Assembly: GCF_036365525.1 (NCBI RefSeq)
Contig: NC_090382.1
Span: 45,969,678-46,033,677, forward strand
Reading direction: 5' to 3'
Length of the DNA: 64,000 nt
Source: Heterodontus francisci
Lineage: Eukaryota
The notes under the pieces are model-generated. The model worked only from the letters and a program-made list of their open reading frames with translations, was not told the origin of the DNA and did not search any database. Made by a program: the position numbers and the translations under genes. Positions 37,917-50,259 of the stretch are shown piece after piece. Within the stretch, counting starts at the first letter, position 1; each line of letters starts with the position of its first letter.

Positions 37917-39000
37917 GTATGCCTGGTGCTGCTCCTGGCATGCTCTCCTTGTAATCCTTATGGAAACAGGGTTGGTCACCTGGTTTGATGTTAATGTTTG
38001 AGCGAGACATATGCTGGGCCATGAGATTACAGATTGTGGTTGAATACAATTCTGCTGCTGCTGATGGCCCACAGCGCCTCCTGGATGCCTGTTTTGAGCA
38101 GTTGCATCTGTTCCGAATCTATCCCATTTACCATGGCAGTCATGCCACATATCAGCCAAGGGAGGGTAGTAGGTGGTAGTCAGCAGGATATTTCTTTGCC
38201 CAAGATTGAACTGATGCCATGAGACTTCATGAGGTCTGGAGTCAATGTTGAGGACTCCCAGGGCCACTGTTTCCTGACTGTATACCACTATGACCACCTC
38301 TGGTGGGTCTGTCCTGCCCCTGGCACAGTACATACCCAGGGATGGTGACGGAAGATGTTGGCTGTAAGGTATGATTCGGTGAGTATGACTATGTCAGGCT
38401 GTTGCTTGACTAGTATGTAGGACACCGTTCCCAGTTTGGCACAGTTGTTAGTGAGGAGGGCTTTGCAGAGTTGACTGGGCAGGGTGTACCTTTGTTGTTT
38501 CTGGTGCCTCGGTCAATCCTGGCTTGTCCATTGGTTTTATTCTAATTTACCTTTTCTATAGCAGCTTGATACAACTGAGTAAAGTAAAAGCAAAATACTG
38601 CAGATGCTGAAAATCTGAAATAAAAACAGAAATACTGGAAATACTCAGCAGGTCAGGCAGCATCTGTGGCCAGAGAAGCAGAGTTAACGTTTTGAGTCTG
38701 TGACCTTTCAACAGATACAACTGAGTGGCTTGTTAGATCATTTCAGAGGGCAGTTAAGAGGCAATCACATTGTTCTGGGTCTGGAGTCACATGTAGGCCA
38801 GACCAGGTAACGATGGAAGATTTTCTTCCTTGAAGGTCATTAGTGAACCAGATGGGTTTTTATGACATTCCAGTAGTTTCATGGTCACCATTACTGAGAC
38901 TAGCTTTTTATTCCAGATTGATGAATTAATTGAATTTAAGTTCCCCCAGCTGCCATGATGGGATTTGAACTCATGTCCCCGGATTATAAATTCAGGCCTC
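37917..39000 (-). mobile_element. 5' part of a CR1-group (Zenon-like) LINE: tRNA-like head followed by APE endonuclease remnant
   Basis: B-box-like GAGTTCAAATCCC ~38960-38972; then LVKQQPDIVILTESYL, IPGY, QDRPTRG, PHEVSW, TTYYPP. Confidence 0.7.
38581..38713 (-). mobile_element. Mini Penelope-terminus insertion with decayed hammerhead
   Basis: Exact 13-bp TSD GATACAACTGAGT; matches 57750-57880. Confidence 0.9.
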
Positions 39001-39232
39001 TTGGTTGCCTCTTGCCTTCCTCTTGTTCCTCCTTTTCCTCTTCAGTTGTTTGCTGTATACCTGGTGGTAATGGCTGTGTCCTGACAATGGTGAGGTTTTG
39101 CAGCATACAGCATACCATGATAAATCTTGACACGCACTCTGTGGTCTGCTCTATTCCATTTTGGGTGGCAGCATGGCTTTCGTTTTCTGCATGCTGCCCA
39201 CATGAGTGTGGGTTGCGCATTAGAGCCATGAG

Positions 39233-40412
39233 AACAAAAAAAAGAACAAAGAAAATTACAGCACAGGAACAGGCCCTTCGGCCCTCCAAGCCTGCGCCGA
39301 TCCAGATCCTCTATCTAAACATGTCGCCTATTTTCTAAGGGTCTGTATCTCTTTTCTTCCTGCCCATTCATGAATCTGTCTAGATACATCTTAAAAGACG
39401 CCATCGTGCCCGCATCTACCACCTCCGCTGGCAACGCGTTCCAGGCACCCACCACCCTCTGCGTAAAGAACTTTCCACGCATATCCCCCCTAAACTTTTC
39501 CCCTTTCACTTTGAACTCGTGTCCTCTAGTAATTGAATCCCCCACTCTGGGAAAAAGCTTCTTGCTATCCACCCTGTCTATACCTCTCACGATTTTGTAC
39601 ACCTCAATCAGGTCCCTCCTCAACCTCCGTCTTTCTAATGAAAATAATCCTAATCTACTCAACCTCTCTTCATAGCTAGCGCCCTCCATACCAGGCAACA
39701 TCCTGGTGAATCTCCTCTGCACCCTCTCCAAAGCATCCACATCCTTTTGGTAATGTGGCGACCAGAACTGCACGCAGTATTCCAAATGTGGCTGAACCAA
39801 AGTCCTATACAACTGTAACATGACCTGCCAACTCTTGTACTCAATACCCCGTCTGATGAAGGAAAGCATGCCGTATGCCTTCTTGACCACTCTATTTACC
39901 TGCATTGCCACCTTCAGGGAACAGTGGACCTGAACACCCAAATCTCTCTGGACATCAATTTTCCCCAGGACTTTTCCATTTACTGTATAGTTCACTCTTG
40001 AATTGGATCTTCCAAAATGCATCACCTCACATTTTCCCTGATTGAACTCCATCTGCCATTTCTCTGCCCAACTCTCCAATCTATCTATATTCTGCTGTAT
40101 TCTCTGACAGTCCCCTTCACTATCTGCTACTCCACCAATCTTAGTGTCGTCTGCAAACTTGCTAATCAGTCCACCTATACTTTCCTCCAAATCATTAATG
40201 TATATCACAAACAACAGTGGTCCCAGCACGGATCCCTGTGGAACACCACTGGTCACACGTCTCCATTTTGAGAAACTCCCTTCTACTGCTACTCTCTGTC
40301 TCCTGTTGCCCAGCCAGTTCTTTATCCATCTAGCTAGTACACCTTGGACCCCATGCGCCTTCACTTTCTCCATCAGCCTGCCATGGGGAACCTTATCAAA
40401 CGCCTTACTGAA
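39233..40412 (-). mobile_element. Young 5'-truncated CR1 with open RT C-terminal frame
   Basis: FSKAFDKVPH, GVPQGSVLGP, FADD, FFTQRVVGAWNALP with no stops; TTTGTTC-type tail; probable TSD ATGAG. Confidence 0.95.
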
Positions 40413-40611
40413 ATGAGCTAGCTGATCAGCAGATAGCTCTGATTTGCCATGGTGGCTGAAATGCAGATGATCAGCAGACTGCCATTGAGTGAAGGCATCA
40501 TGACTGCTGCCAGGATACCATGCACTGACCTGTACAATGCTGGACAGTGAAGGTGTGGAATCCTTTCTGGTTGAGGTACATCTCAGAATTGACATGTGGT
40601 GCCAGTGAACA

Positions 40612-41075
40612 CAAGACCATAAGAAAATGAGCAGGAATAGGCCATTCAGCCCCTTGAGCCTGCTCTGCCATTCAATAAGATCATGGCTTATCTGATTGTG
40701 GTCTCAACTCCACTTTCCTGCCTGCCCCCATAACCCTCGACTCTCATGTAAATCAAATATCTGTCTAACTCAGCTTTGGACATATTCAATAACCCAGCCT
40801 CCACTGCTCTCTGGGGAAGAGAGCAAAGATTAACGACCCTCAGAGAAGAAATTCCTCCTGATCTCCAGCTTCAAAGGGAGACCCCTTATTTTGAAATTAT
40901 GCCCCTTAGTTCTAGATTTCCTCAGGAGGGGCAACACTGTCTCAGCATCTACGCTGTCAAGCCCCCTCAAAATCTTACATGTTTCAATAAGATCACCTCC
41001 CATTCTTCTAAACTCCAATGGCAACAGGCGCAACCTACTCAATCTATCCTCAAAAGACAGCCCTTTCATCCTGTT
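40612..41075 (-). mobile_element. CR1 3' fragment
   Basis: KGLSFEDRLSRL..EFRRMGGDLIE plus tail. Confidence 0.85.
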
Positions 41076-41346
41076 GTGTAAGCAGTCAAAGACCCCCTGC
41101 ATCATGGAGAAGCCTGGAATTCTGGCAAAGCAGTGTCCTTGCTCTATCTGCTTCTCTCTGGAAAGAGAGAATGAAATATATTCAACTCTCTTTGCAGTCA
41201 GAACCTCAGTGACATCCCTTTTGCAACAGTGGATGGTGAACTGGGAGATGTTGCAAATATTGCCTGTTCCAGCCTGGAAGAAGCTCAGCACATAAACGCT
41301 CATAGCCATGGTCACCTTCACAGCCATTGGCAATGCTGTCCTTTTC

Positions 41347-42504
41347 CAGTTGGCAGCACTTTCACCTCTGAGTCACTAGGTTGTGGGTTTAAGTCCCATT
41401 CCAGGACTTGAGCACAGAGATAAAGGCTGAGACTTCAGTGCAGTACTGAGGGAATGCTGCACTGTTGGAGGTGTCCTGTTTTGGATGAGACCTGTCATGA
41501 TCCTGTATTTTTTTTCGGAATATGCGGTTTGCCTTTAAGGCTTGCAAGGGATCAGAATTGCTTTAAGAGCTGGCAAGCCATAGGAAGGTGCATTTTCGTT
41601 GCCTTAGAAACAGCCATTTGGAGGCTGCGATTCAAAGGGTGCTTCTCAATACCATGGAAACAGCCACTGGGATTGATCCTGATGCGATACATTTGTTACA
41701 ATTCAGTTTGAACTGGCAGTTCGTCAGACAGTTTGAACACACTGACAGAAGACACAGACAGAGATCTCTGGTAATTTAAAGTGAAGAAAGAGAAATTAGA
41801 CTGTGACAATCTTTTATTCCTCAAAAACTCTAAAGTCAGATTGATTTTGTTGAAAGTGTTTGCAAGTCGTTAATTACTGAAATTCACTGGACTTCGAACA
41901 ACATTCTGCGAGGACTTTGAACAACATTGGACTGTAAATTTGCAAGGACTCTAATTTTTCTATTTTTAAATGTTCATAGTGTTTAAGAATTCAGTTCTTC
42001 TAATTAAAGAGTTAATTTGTTGATTTAAAGACACTTGGTTTGGTTAGCCTCATTCGGGGCTTAATAGATGGTAAATTTGGTGGATCTTTATTTTGGAAAG
42101 TTTTTAAATGATATGTTAGCCGATCTGTGGAACGACAGGATTGAATTAACAGTACGTTGGTCCCACCACAATCAGAATCGTATATTTTGACTGGGGGCTT
42201 TGACAGGGGCGGTCGTTCATAACAGACGTTAAACCGAGGCCCCATCTCTACTCTCAGGTGGATGTAAAAGATCCCACGGCACTATTTCAAAGAAGAGCAG
42301 AGTAGTAATTCCCAGTGTCCTGGCCAATATTTATCCCTCATTCAACATCAAAAAACAGTTTATCTGACCATTAACACATTGCTGTTTGTGGAAGTTTGCT
42401 GTGTGCAAATTGCTGCTGCATTTCCTACATTAGAACAGTGACTACACTTTGGGATGTCTGTTGGTTGTGAAAGGCTATATATAAATGCAAGTCTGTCTTT
42501 CTTT
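41347..42504 (+). mobile_element. Deu-core SINE interrupted by a solo LTR
   Basis: tRNA-like head (GGGTTTAAGTCCCA), Deu core and TATATAAATGCAAGT tail; resumes after 42224. Confidence 0.85.
41493..42224 (+). mobile_element. Solo LTR, third family
   Basis: TGTCATGA...CATAACA; TSD GACC/GACG. Confidence 0.85.
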
Positions 42505-44299
42505 ACTGCTCTTAGGCTGTAGTTCTGGTTGCAACAGGCAACAGATTACAGTGAGCACCTCCTTAGTGAAATGGTGGCATCTAACACTTTGTTCATCACT
42601 AAGTTCAATGCAGGAGAATTTCTCTAAGAACACCCTTGGTAGATATGCCTCCTACAAAAACCCTTCTCCCCCTCCTTGCTCTTCCAGCAGCTTGTCCTTT
42701 TCTGTGTCACCTCTGCTCATTCCCCTGTCATGCTGGAGATCATGGGGGATACAAACTACTGCACTCATGCCTGGGAGCAAGTGATCGGAGCAGAATATTT
42801 GAAGTTAGAACCAAGTCCTTCAACAGCTGCCATACCATTCTATGTAGATTTCAACAACTTTAAACAACAGCACAGACCATTGAACATTCTACAAACTCAG
42901 CAACAGTCAGTTGAAATCAATCAGCAACTAACTTGAAAGTAGTTGATGATCCCTTTAAATAGCGTTAGTGAAGGATTCTTCCTGCTGCTGAATGCTCCTT
43001 CAGCTGTGTGTGGTTAAAGAGATGGTGTTAGTTGGAGCGTTGTTGCTCTAAAATGTCACTGCTGGTGTTAAATCAGCACTTCACAATGATAGATGTATCA
43101 TCTGCCTATTCTGCATACTTGCCACGCATGTACCCTGTGTCCGTGGAGAGTGCCCTACCCAAGATGGCACCTGGCATGGCTTGCACCAAAGTGTGCGTGC
43201 ACATCATTGATGCTGTTTTGGAATCAAAAAGGCACCTGTCACGCCGGATTTTGTGGCCTCTGTTTTTATTTTGTAAGTTTATTTATCACAGATTGTCAAA
43301 ACTAATCTATTCGTTCAGTTACTTCAAACAACTGCCATTTATTTATTTCTTATCTCAATGTTTGATTTTAGTTTAAAGCAGAAATTCAATACAAATAGAT
43401 TCAAGGCACTTCTGGTCACAGGTTAATATAATATTCATAATTGATGGTTGAAAAGCACAATCCAATCTGAAAAAAGGAATGCAGTTAAAATATAACGATG
43501 ACATTTTAAACTCTACTATTGAATAGCATTTAGTTCATAAACAAGGGATACCAAAAAGTCATGGCAACTATGTAGAATTGACATCTGTCAACATGGTCTT
43601 CACCAGAACACTTAACTGCCACAATTATCACTTCCCTTGACCTACAGGCTGAAGACATTTCATTTTCAAAATTAAATTGGTTTCCTAAATGTATGCCTTT
43701 TCTCTGGAGGAATGTGCTCATTTGTCTCTAAAGTCCTCTCTACACATAATGAGGCTGCACAATCAATCTGGCAAACAGCAGGGATGTAGAGAGTAAGTGG
43801 CATGAGGCAAGCAGGAATATATTGCTTTCCAAGGTGTTTAGTGGCCTGGAGTTTCCACTCGATTGTGCTGTTTCTTTTCAAAGCTGAAATCGGCCAAATC
43901 AGCACAAAAGAATGTGGAATTTTAAGTGAAAATTACATTTAACGCAACTTGAGTTTCCACAATCTTTTCTGCTAGTTTAAAAAATATACTGGAAGGCAGA
44001 CCCACCCACAAAACTGGCCACCCTTCCCCTCCACCACCAGATTGAGTAAATCACTGTGGTGGGTTTCCGCACTCATTTGGAGACCTTCAAGGAGGTTCCA
44101 TAAGCTATTTTTTTAGATGGAGCTACACTATTAGGAATATTTTAAAAGCTTTTGAATTTTTTGTTTAGTTTACTAAGAAACTGATTACTGTACCCCAATA
44201 TAACTAGCAAATAGCTCATTATCATTTTAATGGTCATTTTAAGTTAGTTAAAATTGGGTTATTCACAGGTGGTGGACTAAGCACACTGATTAAAACTGC

Positions 44300-46715
44300 T
44301 TTTTTTGATAAGCCCATTTTCAGCTGCATTCCCCCTGAAAGAAACATCCCCACCTGGCTATACATTCCACTGTTTGCCCTGCCCAAACCACCATGGTGAC
44401 GGTGTAGCTCTTATCACCAAATCACACCTATCCCTTACTCCTCTGGTACCTTTGCCTCTTTTAAGCATCTCACCTTGTTCCACTCCTCTCGCCTCCAATT
44501 TAAATTCTTCATTCTATACTGTCCACCCAAGTATTATGCTAATGTTCTCACCGAGGTATCTTCACTGCTTTCCTTCCTCAACCGCTGCACCGAGCAACTT
44601 CTTATCATCGATGATTTCAAACTCCACCTCGACGCTGCATGCTCTCTCCCCTCTGGGTTCACTGCCCTCCTTTCCTTCCTTAATCTATCCCCTCATGTAA
44701 ACTCTCCAACCCATATTCATGGCCATCCCCTTGACCTTGCCACCTCATGCAGCCTGCCATTGTGTCAATCACTTCCTTGTATCGCTCTGCACCCACATCC
44801 CCCTTCCCCCACCCAAACCTACTTTCTTCTGTATCCGTCTTTGTTAACAACAACTGTACTTTCAAAATCTCAATTGTCTGGCCTTTGGAGCTCCATTTAC
44901 CACAACAATTCTGCAGCTACCATCTGCTAAATCACACCCTCATCTCCACCTTTGGTGCCCGAATCCCCAGTAAAACCATTGTTCTGTCTCTCACCCTGAT
45001 TTCTCCCTCGATTCGGCCTTCATCTCCGTTCCCTTAAGCCCAAGGGAAACAGACTTGAACCTTTATGGCAGACAACTCGCTTAGCCGGCTAGATCTGGCT
45101 GGAGCACATAAAGCACTATCAGGTCCTGGTCAAAGTTACTCACTATTCCAAGATCATCCAGGAATGCAAAAATAACCCCTGGCTTATTTTCTCTACAAAA
45201 ATCTACCCTGTCTCCTGCACCCTCACCTCCAACAAGTGTGAGGAGATCATGGGCTTCTTTTGTCACTAAGATTGAGACTATCTGTACAGCAGTCTTGCTG
45301 CTTCCCAACTTTCTCCTAGTCCACCGGGCCAAACTTCCTCTAGGTTCCCCACTGCTCTACCCCTGAACTCGCATCTTTATCTAGTTTCTATCCTATCTCC
45401 CCCCATGCCCTGTTTGATCTCATCTTGTCTATGAGAACAACCTCCTGATCCCTTGACTCTATTCCCACCAAACCTCTGACCACTCAAATTCCCCTCCTGG
45501 TCCCCATGTTAGCTGACATTTTTAATGGTTCTCATTCCTCAGGTACTGCCCCCCTTGCATTGAAATGTGCTGTCATCAGACCTCTCCTATAAAAAAACAA
45601 TCCTTGAACACTCTATCCTTACAAACTACTGTCCTATCTCCAATCTCCCTTTCCTCTCTGAGGTCCTTAAATGTGCTGTTGTCTCCCAAATGTGTGCCCA
45701 TTTTTCCCAGAACTCCATGTTTGAATGCCTCCAGCCAAGTTTCTGCCCCGTCACAATATTGAAACTACACTTTTCAAAGTCGCAAATGGCATCCTATGTG
45801 GCTGTGATAAACTATCCCATCCTTCTTGACCTGTCTGTGGGCTTCCACACGGTTGACAATCCTCCTCCAAATGCCTCTCCTCTGTCGTCCAGCTTGGTGG
45901 GACTGCACTCGCCTGAATCCATTCTTATCTATCTAATCATAACCAGAGAATCGCTATCAATGTCTTCTCTTCCTGCTCCCGCACAGTTAGCTCTGGAGTC
46001 CCCAAGGACCTCTACTTTTTTTTTATTACTTTGATGGGAGTGGGCGTCGCTGGCCATTCCAGCATTTATTGCCCATCCCAAACTGCCCATGAGAATGTGG
46101 TGGTGAGCTGCCTTCTTGGCTCCTCTTGTTACTCATCTACTTGCTGCCCTTTGTCAACAGCATCTGAAAATGCATCATAAGGTTCCATATGTATGTTGAT
46201 GACACCCAGCTCTACCTCACCACTGCCTCTGTAGACCCCTCCACCGTCTCTAAATTAACAGACTGCATGTCCAACATCAAATACTGGATGTGCAGAAACT
46301 TCCTCCAACTAAATATTGGGAAGACAGAAGCCATTGTCTTCGGTCCCCACCACAGACGTAGTTCCCTAGCCAATGATTCCAGCCTCCTCCCTGGCAACTG
46401 TCTGTGGCTCAACTGTTCGCAACCTCAATCAACATCACAAAACAGATTATCTGGCCATAATTGCATTGCTATTTGTGGGAGCTTGCTGTGTGCAAATTGG
46501 CTGTCACATTTCCTACATTACAACAGTGACTGCACTTCTTTGGCTGCAAAGCACTTTGGGGCATCCAGTGGTCATGAAAGGTGCAATATAAATGCAAGTC
46601 TTTTTTTTGCTGTATTCGACCCTGAACTTGTGACCACACATCTGCACCATCACTAAGCCATTCTACTTTCATCCCCTTAATATTGCCCAACTTTTCTCTC
46701 AGCTCATCTGCTGAT
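44300..46715 (+). mobile_element. Decayed L2 LINE ORF2 (endonuclease + RT) with small nested SINE/LINE-tail fragments
   Basis: PPGYTF..GDGVALI, YCPPK, PTHIHGHPLDL, NYCPISNLPFLS, LLDLS, MYVDDTQLYL. Confidence 0.85.
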
Positions 46716-47260
46716 GATTGGCCTCTCTGAGGCGGCCAATTAACGGCCAAGGGGCAGGCTCACCATCTAATTAAGGATGGTGGGCTGGCTGTCAAAGCTG
46801 GAGGGCCAATCAGAGGTCTAACAGCAGGCTGTGATGGCAGATAAGTGAGCGAGAGACAATTTCAAAATGGAGGTACCCTCTCTCCCACTTTTTACTCCAA
46901 TTTTTAAAATTTAAATTAAAAATGGCTTTTGTAGCTAGGCTACCGCTGTGGGGAGGATTCCCTCTACAGGGCGGCCTCTGGCTGCTGGAGATCTGGACCC
47001 CACTCTACCACTGGGAGCCCATCTCCAGGCACAAGCTGGCCCCCATTGCTGCCCAACTGAAAAATCCTTAAGTGGCCCTTAACAAGCCATGTCAGCTATC
47101 TGTGGGTGGGTAGCCCTGCTGCCTCTCGCCCCCCCCAGCCCCCCCATCCCACCTCTAGCTGGGGCTAGGATGGAGCTGGGGAACCAGCACTCCAGCCAAC
47201 AGGGCTATTTTTAGCTCCCTCCTGCCTCCAATACCTGGCAGGGCCTCAAAATGCTGCTCC
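46715..47260. mobile_element. Harbinger-type MITE fragment resembling 11623-12294
   Basis: Shared GGCCAATCA and GGCCCTTAA blocks; AAAATG..GC right end. Confidence 0.45.
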
Positions 47261-47548
47261 AGGGCTCCCAGCTAGATTATGAGGAGAGATTCCATAAACT
47301 GGATTTGTATTCCCTGGACTATAGAAGGTTAAGCGGTGATATGATTGATGCTTTTCAGGTTTTGAAAGGAATTTATGAGGAAGGTGGAGAAATTTCTTCC
47401 ACTGTTGAGAGAATCTAGCACAAGGTGAAATAATCTGCAATTAGAGTTAGGCCAGTCAGAAGGGAAGTTACCAAACATTTCTACATGTAAAAGATGATAG
47501 AAGTGTGGAACGCTCCCACAAAAAATGGTGGATGCTAGCTCAATTAAT

Positions 47549-48340
47549 GGTCTGGATTTTGTGGGGTTTTGGAACTGGCAGTTTTTTCTGTCATTACCTC
47601 TCTGAACTTGACTGCGACTGCCGGATTTAGTGCAAGCACAGATTAATGCAGAATAAAGGCCTGCTACCCGACCCGAACCCGACAGGACCTGACGACGTGT
47701 CGGGTTTGGGTCGGGCCGCTCTTCCGGGTCGGGTCAGGTTGGGCCGGGTCCGAGTTGGACACACACAGCAAGGTAAGTGTTAAAATTTAAAAACTTTGCT
47801 GAGCTGCGAGTCCAGGACGTTAAGCAGGGAAACTCTGAGTCTACGCAGTGAGCGTCTCTATGATGTTATCACATTCATGCTGCAGCCTCCGGCAGATTGG
47901 GAGTCGGAAAGTAAGTAAAAGGAACATTGCAGTGGTTGGGTTGGGCTTTGTGGGGAAAATGGAGGGACTCGGGCCAGGTCGGGCTCAGGTCCGGCTCCAA
48001 TGTGGTTCCATCAGGTTCGGTTTGGGTTGGGTTTTATTTTGGTAACTTGAGCAGGCCTTTAATGCAGAAATCCTGAAGTTGCAGTCTGTCACTCAATGCT
48101 CTGCCATAGGCTGTTCTGCAGACTGCCACTCCCTTCCCCTCCCCACCCCAACACAATCACAGAGCAGGCAATCAGTGAAAACAGTAGATATGGGAATCCC
48201 CATTAAAGAACACTACAATCCACTGCATGGTGAGAAGAGGTAATGTTCTTGCCACAGAGATCGCTAGATCTCTCAGCAAGGCATTCTGGGAGGCCAGTGG
48301 TGAGTGCCTTTGCTTCATTACTGACTGCAAAATCCAGGCC
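47549..48340. mobile_element. Harbinger-type MITE
   Basis: TIRs GGTCTGGATTTTG / CAAAATCCAGGCC. Confidence 0.75.
47654..48061. mobile_element. hAT-superfamily MITE, 408 bp
   Basis: Perfect TIR TAAAGGCCTGCT / AGCAGGCCTTTA; exact 8-bp TSD ATGCAGAA; subterminal ACCCG/CGGGT repeats. Confidence 0.92.
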
Positions 48341-48536
48341 ATTAGTTTTAAATCTGGAATCAATAGTTCTTTTTGCTGGAATAAGGTATAAAAGAATACA
48401 GAGCCATGGTGTATGGAGGGAGGTAAGATACTGATCAGCCATAGTCTCTTTGAATGGTGGAGCAGCCGTGAGGGCCTGAAAAGGCTATCCCTGTTTTTAT
48501 GTATAATGAGATGGAAAGGCACATACATAGTCTGGA

Positions 48537-48574
48537 TATTTCTGATGAAGGGTCACAGACCTGAAACGTTAACT
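48537..48574 (+). ncRNA. Minimal type I hammerhead ribozyme motif (stem I partly lost)
   Basis: CTGATGA-A-GGGTC-ACA-GACCT-GAAA-CGTT-AACT. Confidence 0.7.
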
Positions 48575-48636
48575 CTGATTCTTTCTCCACAGATGCTGCC
48601 AGACCTGCTGAGTATTTCCAGCACTTTGTTTTTTAT
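48537..48636 (+). mobile_element. Mini Penelope-terminus insertion
   Basis: Exact 13-bp TSD TACATAGTCTGGA; starts 5 nt before CTGATGA. Confidence 0.9.
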
Positions 48637-50259
48637 TACATAGTCTGGAGTTTTGGCCTGTTATTTTGGGCACTAGAAGAAATTTTGCAGAACTTTGACC
48701 TTGAGTGTTTAAATAAGTGAATTAGATTGTATATCATTTGGGAGCAGGCATTGTAGGCCAATTGCTTTGTCTTGTTCTATGCTTTGTGTTTCTGTTTTTA
48801 AAGTCAATTAAACACTACATTGTTTCCCAGTTAAGATAGCAAAACAACACAGGAACCCAATATTACCATTTTACAGTATTCCATTCCTATTGTAACATTT
48901 GATTAAAAGCACAATTATACAGTCCTCCATTTGATCAAGCACCAAGTTCTACATCAATATCAGAGTCAGTAAGCGTAGTGTTGTGTTCTTAAGTCTTCAC
49001 TAAATGATAACAGCAGGCTTGATATTCAGATTCAACACAAACACTATTGATTGCTTTACTTATCTACATTACACGATCACAGGTCCAGGTCCTTTCCTTG
49101 CTAATTTGCGTGTGCTCTCTGCAAGTCACACATTGAGTGTGTCTCTCAAAAGGGTGTCTCCTTATCTATGTATGGTGATGTCATCAGTGGCCTGATCTCT
49201 TAAAATTGGATGTAATGAGTAAAATGGATGCTTTTTTACCTTCCTGCCCTTTTCATTTTGTCATAATATTAATGAGTAACATGGTGCTGCCAATTTAAAA
49301 AGCAACACATAACAGTTGAAACCAGAGAAACTGCTTGTTTGGTGCAAAATAAACAGCAGAGGTTACACATCACTGTCTATTGTGAATCAGACCTTTTTAT
49401 AATGCCAGTTTGAGGACAGGCTGGGAAACCGATGGACCTGACCTTTGTTCTCATTCCTCAATTATCTAACCCACCCTTGCTTGGAAAGGTGGTTTACACA
49501 TAACTGTTAATGCTTAATTTACATAGAAATTGACACAAAGTTCAAAATGTAGCTCATTAGATTGTAATAACCCTGCTTGATTCCACTTCACTTTAACTGC
49601 TATCCACCCCCACAACCCCTTCTCCACGTATTCCTCCCCCCACCCCCACTCACTGAATACATTGCACTCATCAGCTGAAAGTCCAGTTTTCCTTACTCAT
49701 TATAGAAGACATGCTGAACTGATGCCAGCCAACCACATTTATACCAGTAAATTATAACCTCTCTTTCCCATATCATTGACTGTCAGGAAATAGTTGGACA
49801 CTGGGCTTGAGGATCTCTAACTCCTGAAAGTGAATTTGAGTCAACAACTTTGAACTGTTTACATTATTGAATTTTTACATTGGAGCATGATTGGCTTTTA
49901 CTCTTGAATATCATGAAATTTCATGCAAACGAGTTTTAAAATTTTGCTGCTTAATGACTGAGATTCCTACCTTGGACTTTAACACCAATGTATAGCAGAT
50001 CTTATTTCATTTATACCAAATTAGCTAAGGAGCCAATTAATAAAAGACAAACAAGTAGCCAAAATTCAGTAAGTTCTGGGGACAACTGAAAACAGAAATT
50101 AGCAATTGTATCATTCTAAATCCATAATCTCATACTTCAAGGGGTTGTAGGTCACAGAATCAGGGCTACAATGTTGTAGCCATATCTCACGGTACACAGA
50201 GGGCGGGTGGGTCCCAGGTCGAACAAGGTTGTTCACAACTTCAGCATCTGATTTAACTT

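Larger units (their letters stand above)
39000..43258 (-). mobile_element. Harbinger transposase remnant fragmented by two CR1s and a SINE+LTR
   Basis: Colinear minus-strand pieces: SDEQ..FTKEVL..LQPEL (42500-42700), AVKVTMA..GVFDC (41075-41340), YPGSSHDAF (40415-40610), IEQT..MVCCMLQN (39000-39230). Confidence 0.8.
47260..48505 (+). mobile_element. CR1 3' fragment interrupted by nested MITEs
   Basis: YEERFHKL..RRLSGD, EVWNA; resumes at 48341. Confidence 0.75.

Noticed and set aside
39315-40595. 426-aa Harbinger-RT fusion protein
   Set aside because: Chance in-frame junction of a 5'-truncated CR1 with a decayed transposase.
25144-41075. CR1 targeting a specific site in Harbinger transposases
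   Set aside because: The three CR1 insertions fall at different positions in the transposase.
40830-41333. 167-aa HARBI1-CR1 chimeric ORF
   Set aside because: Same kind of insertion junction; both parts are degenerate.
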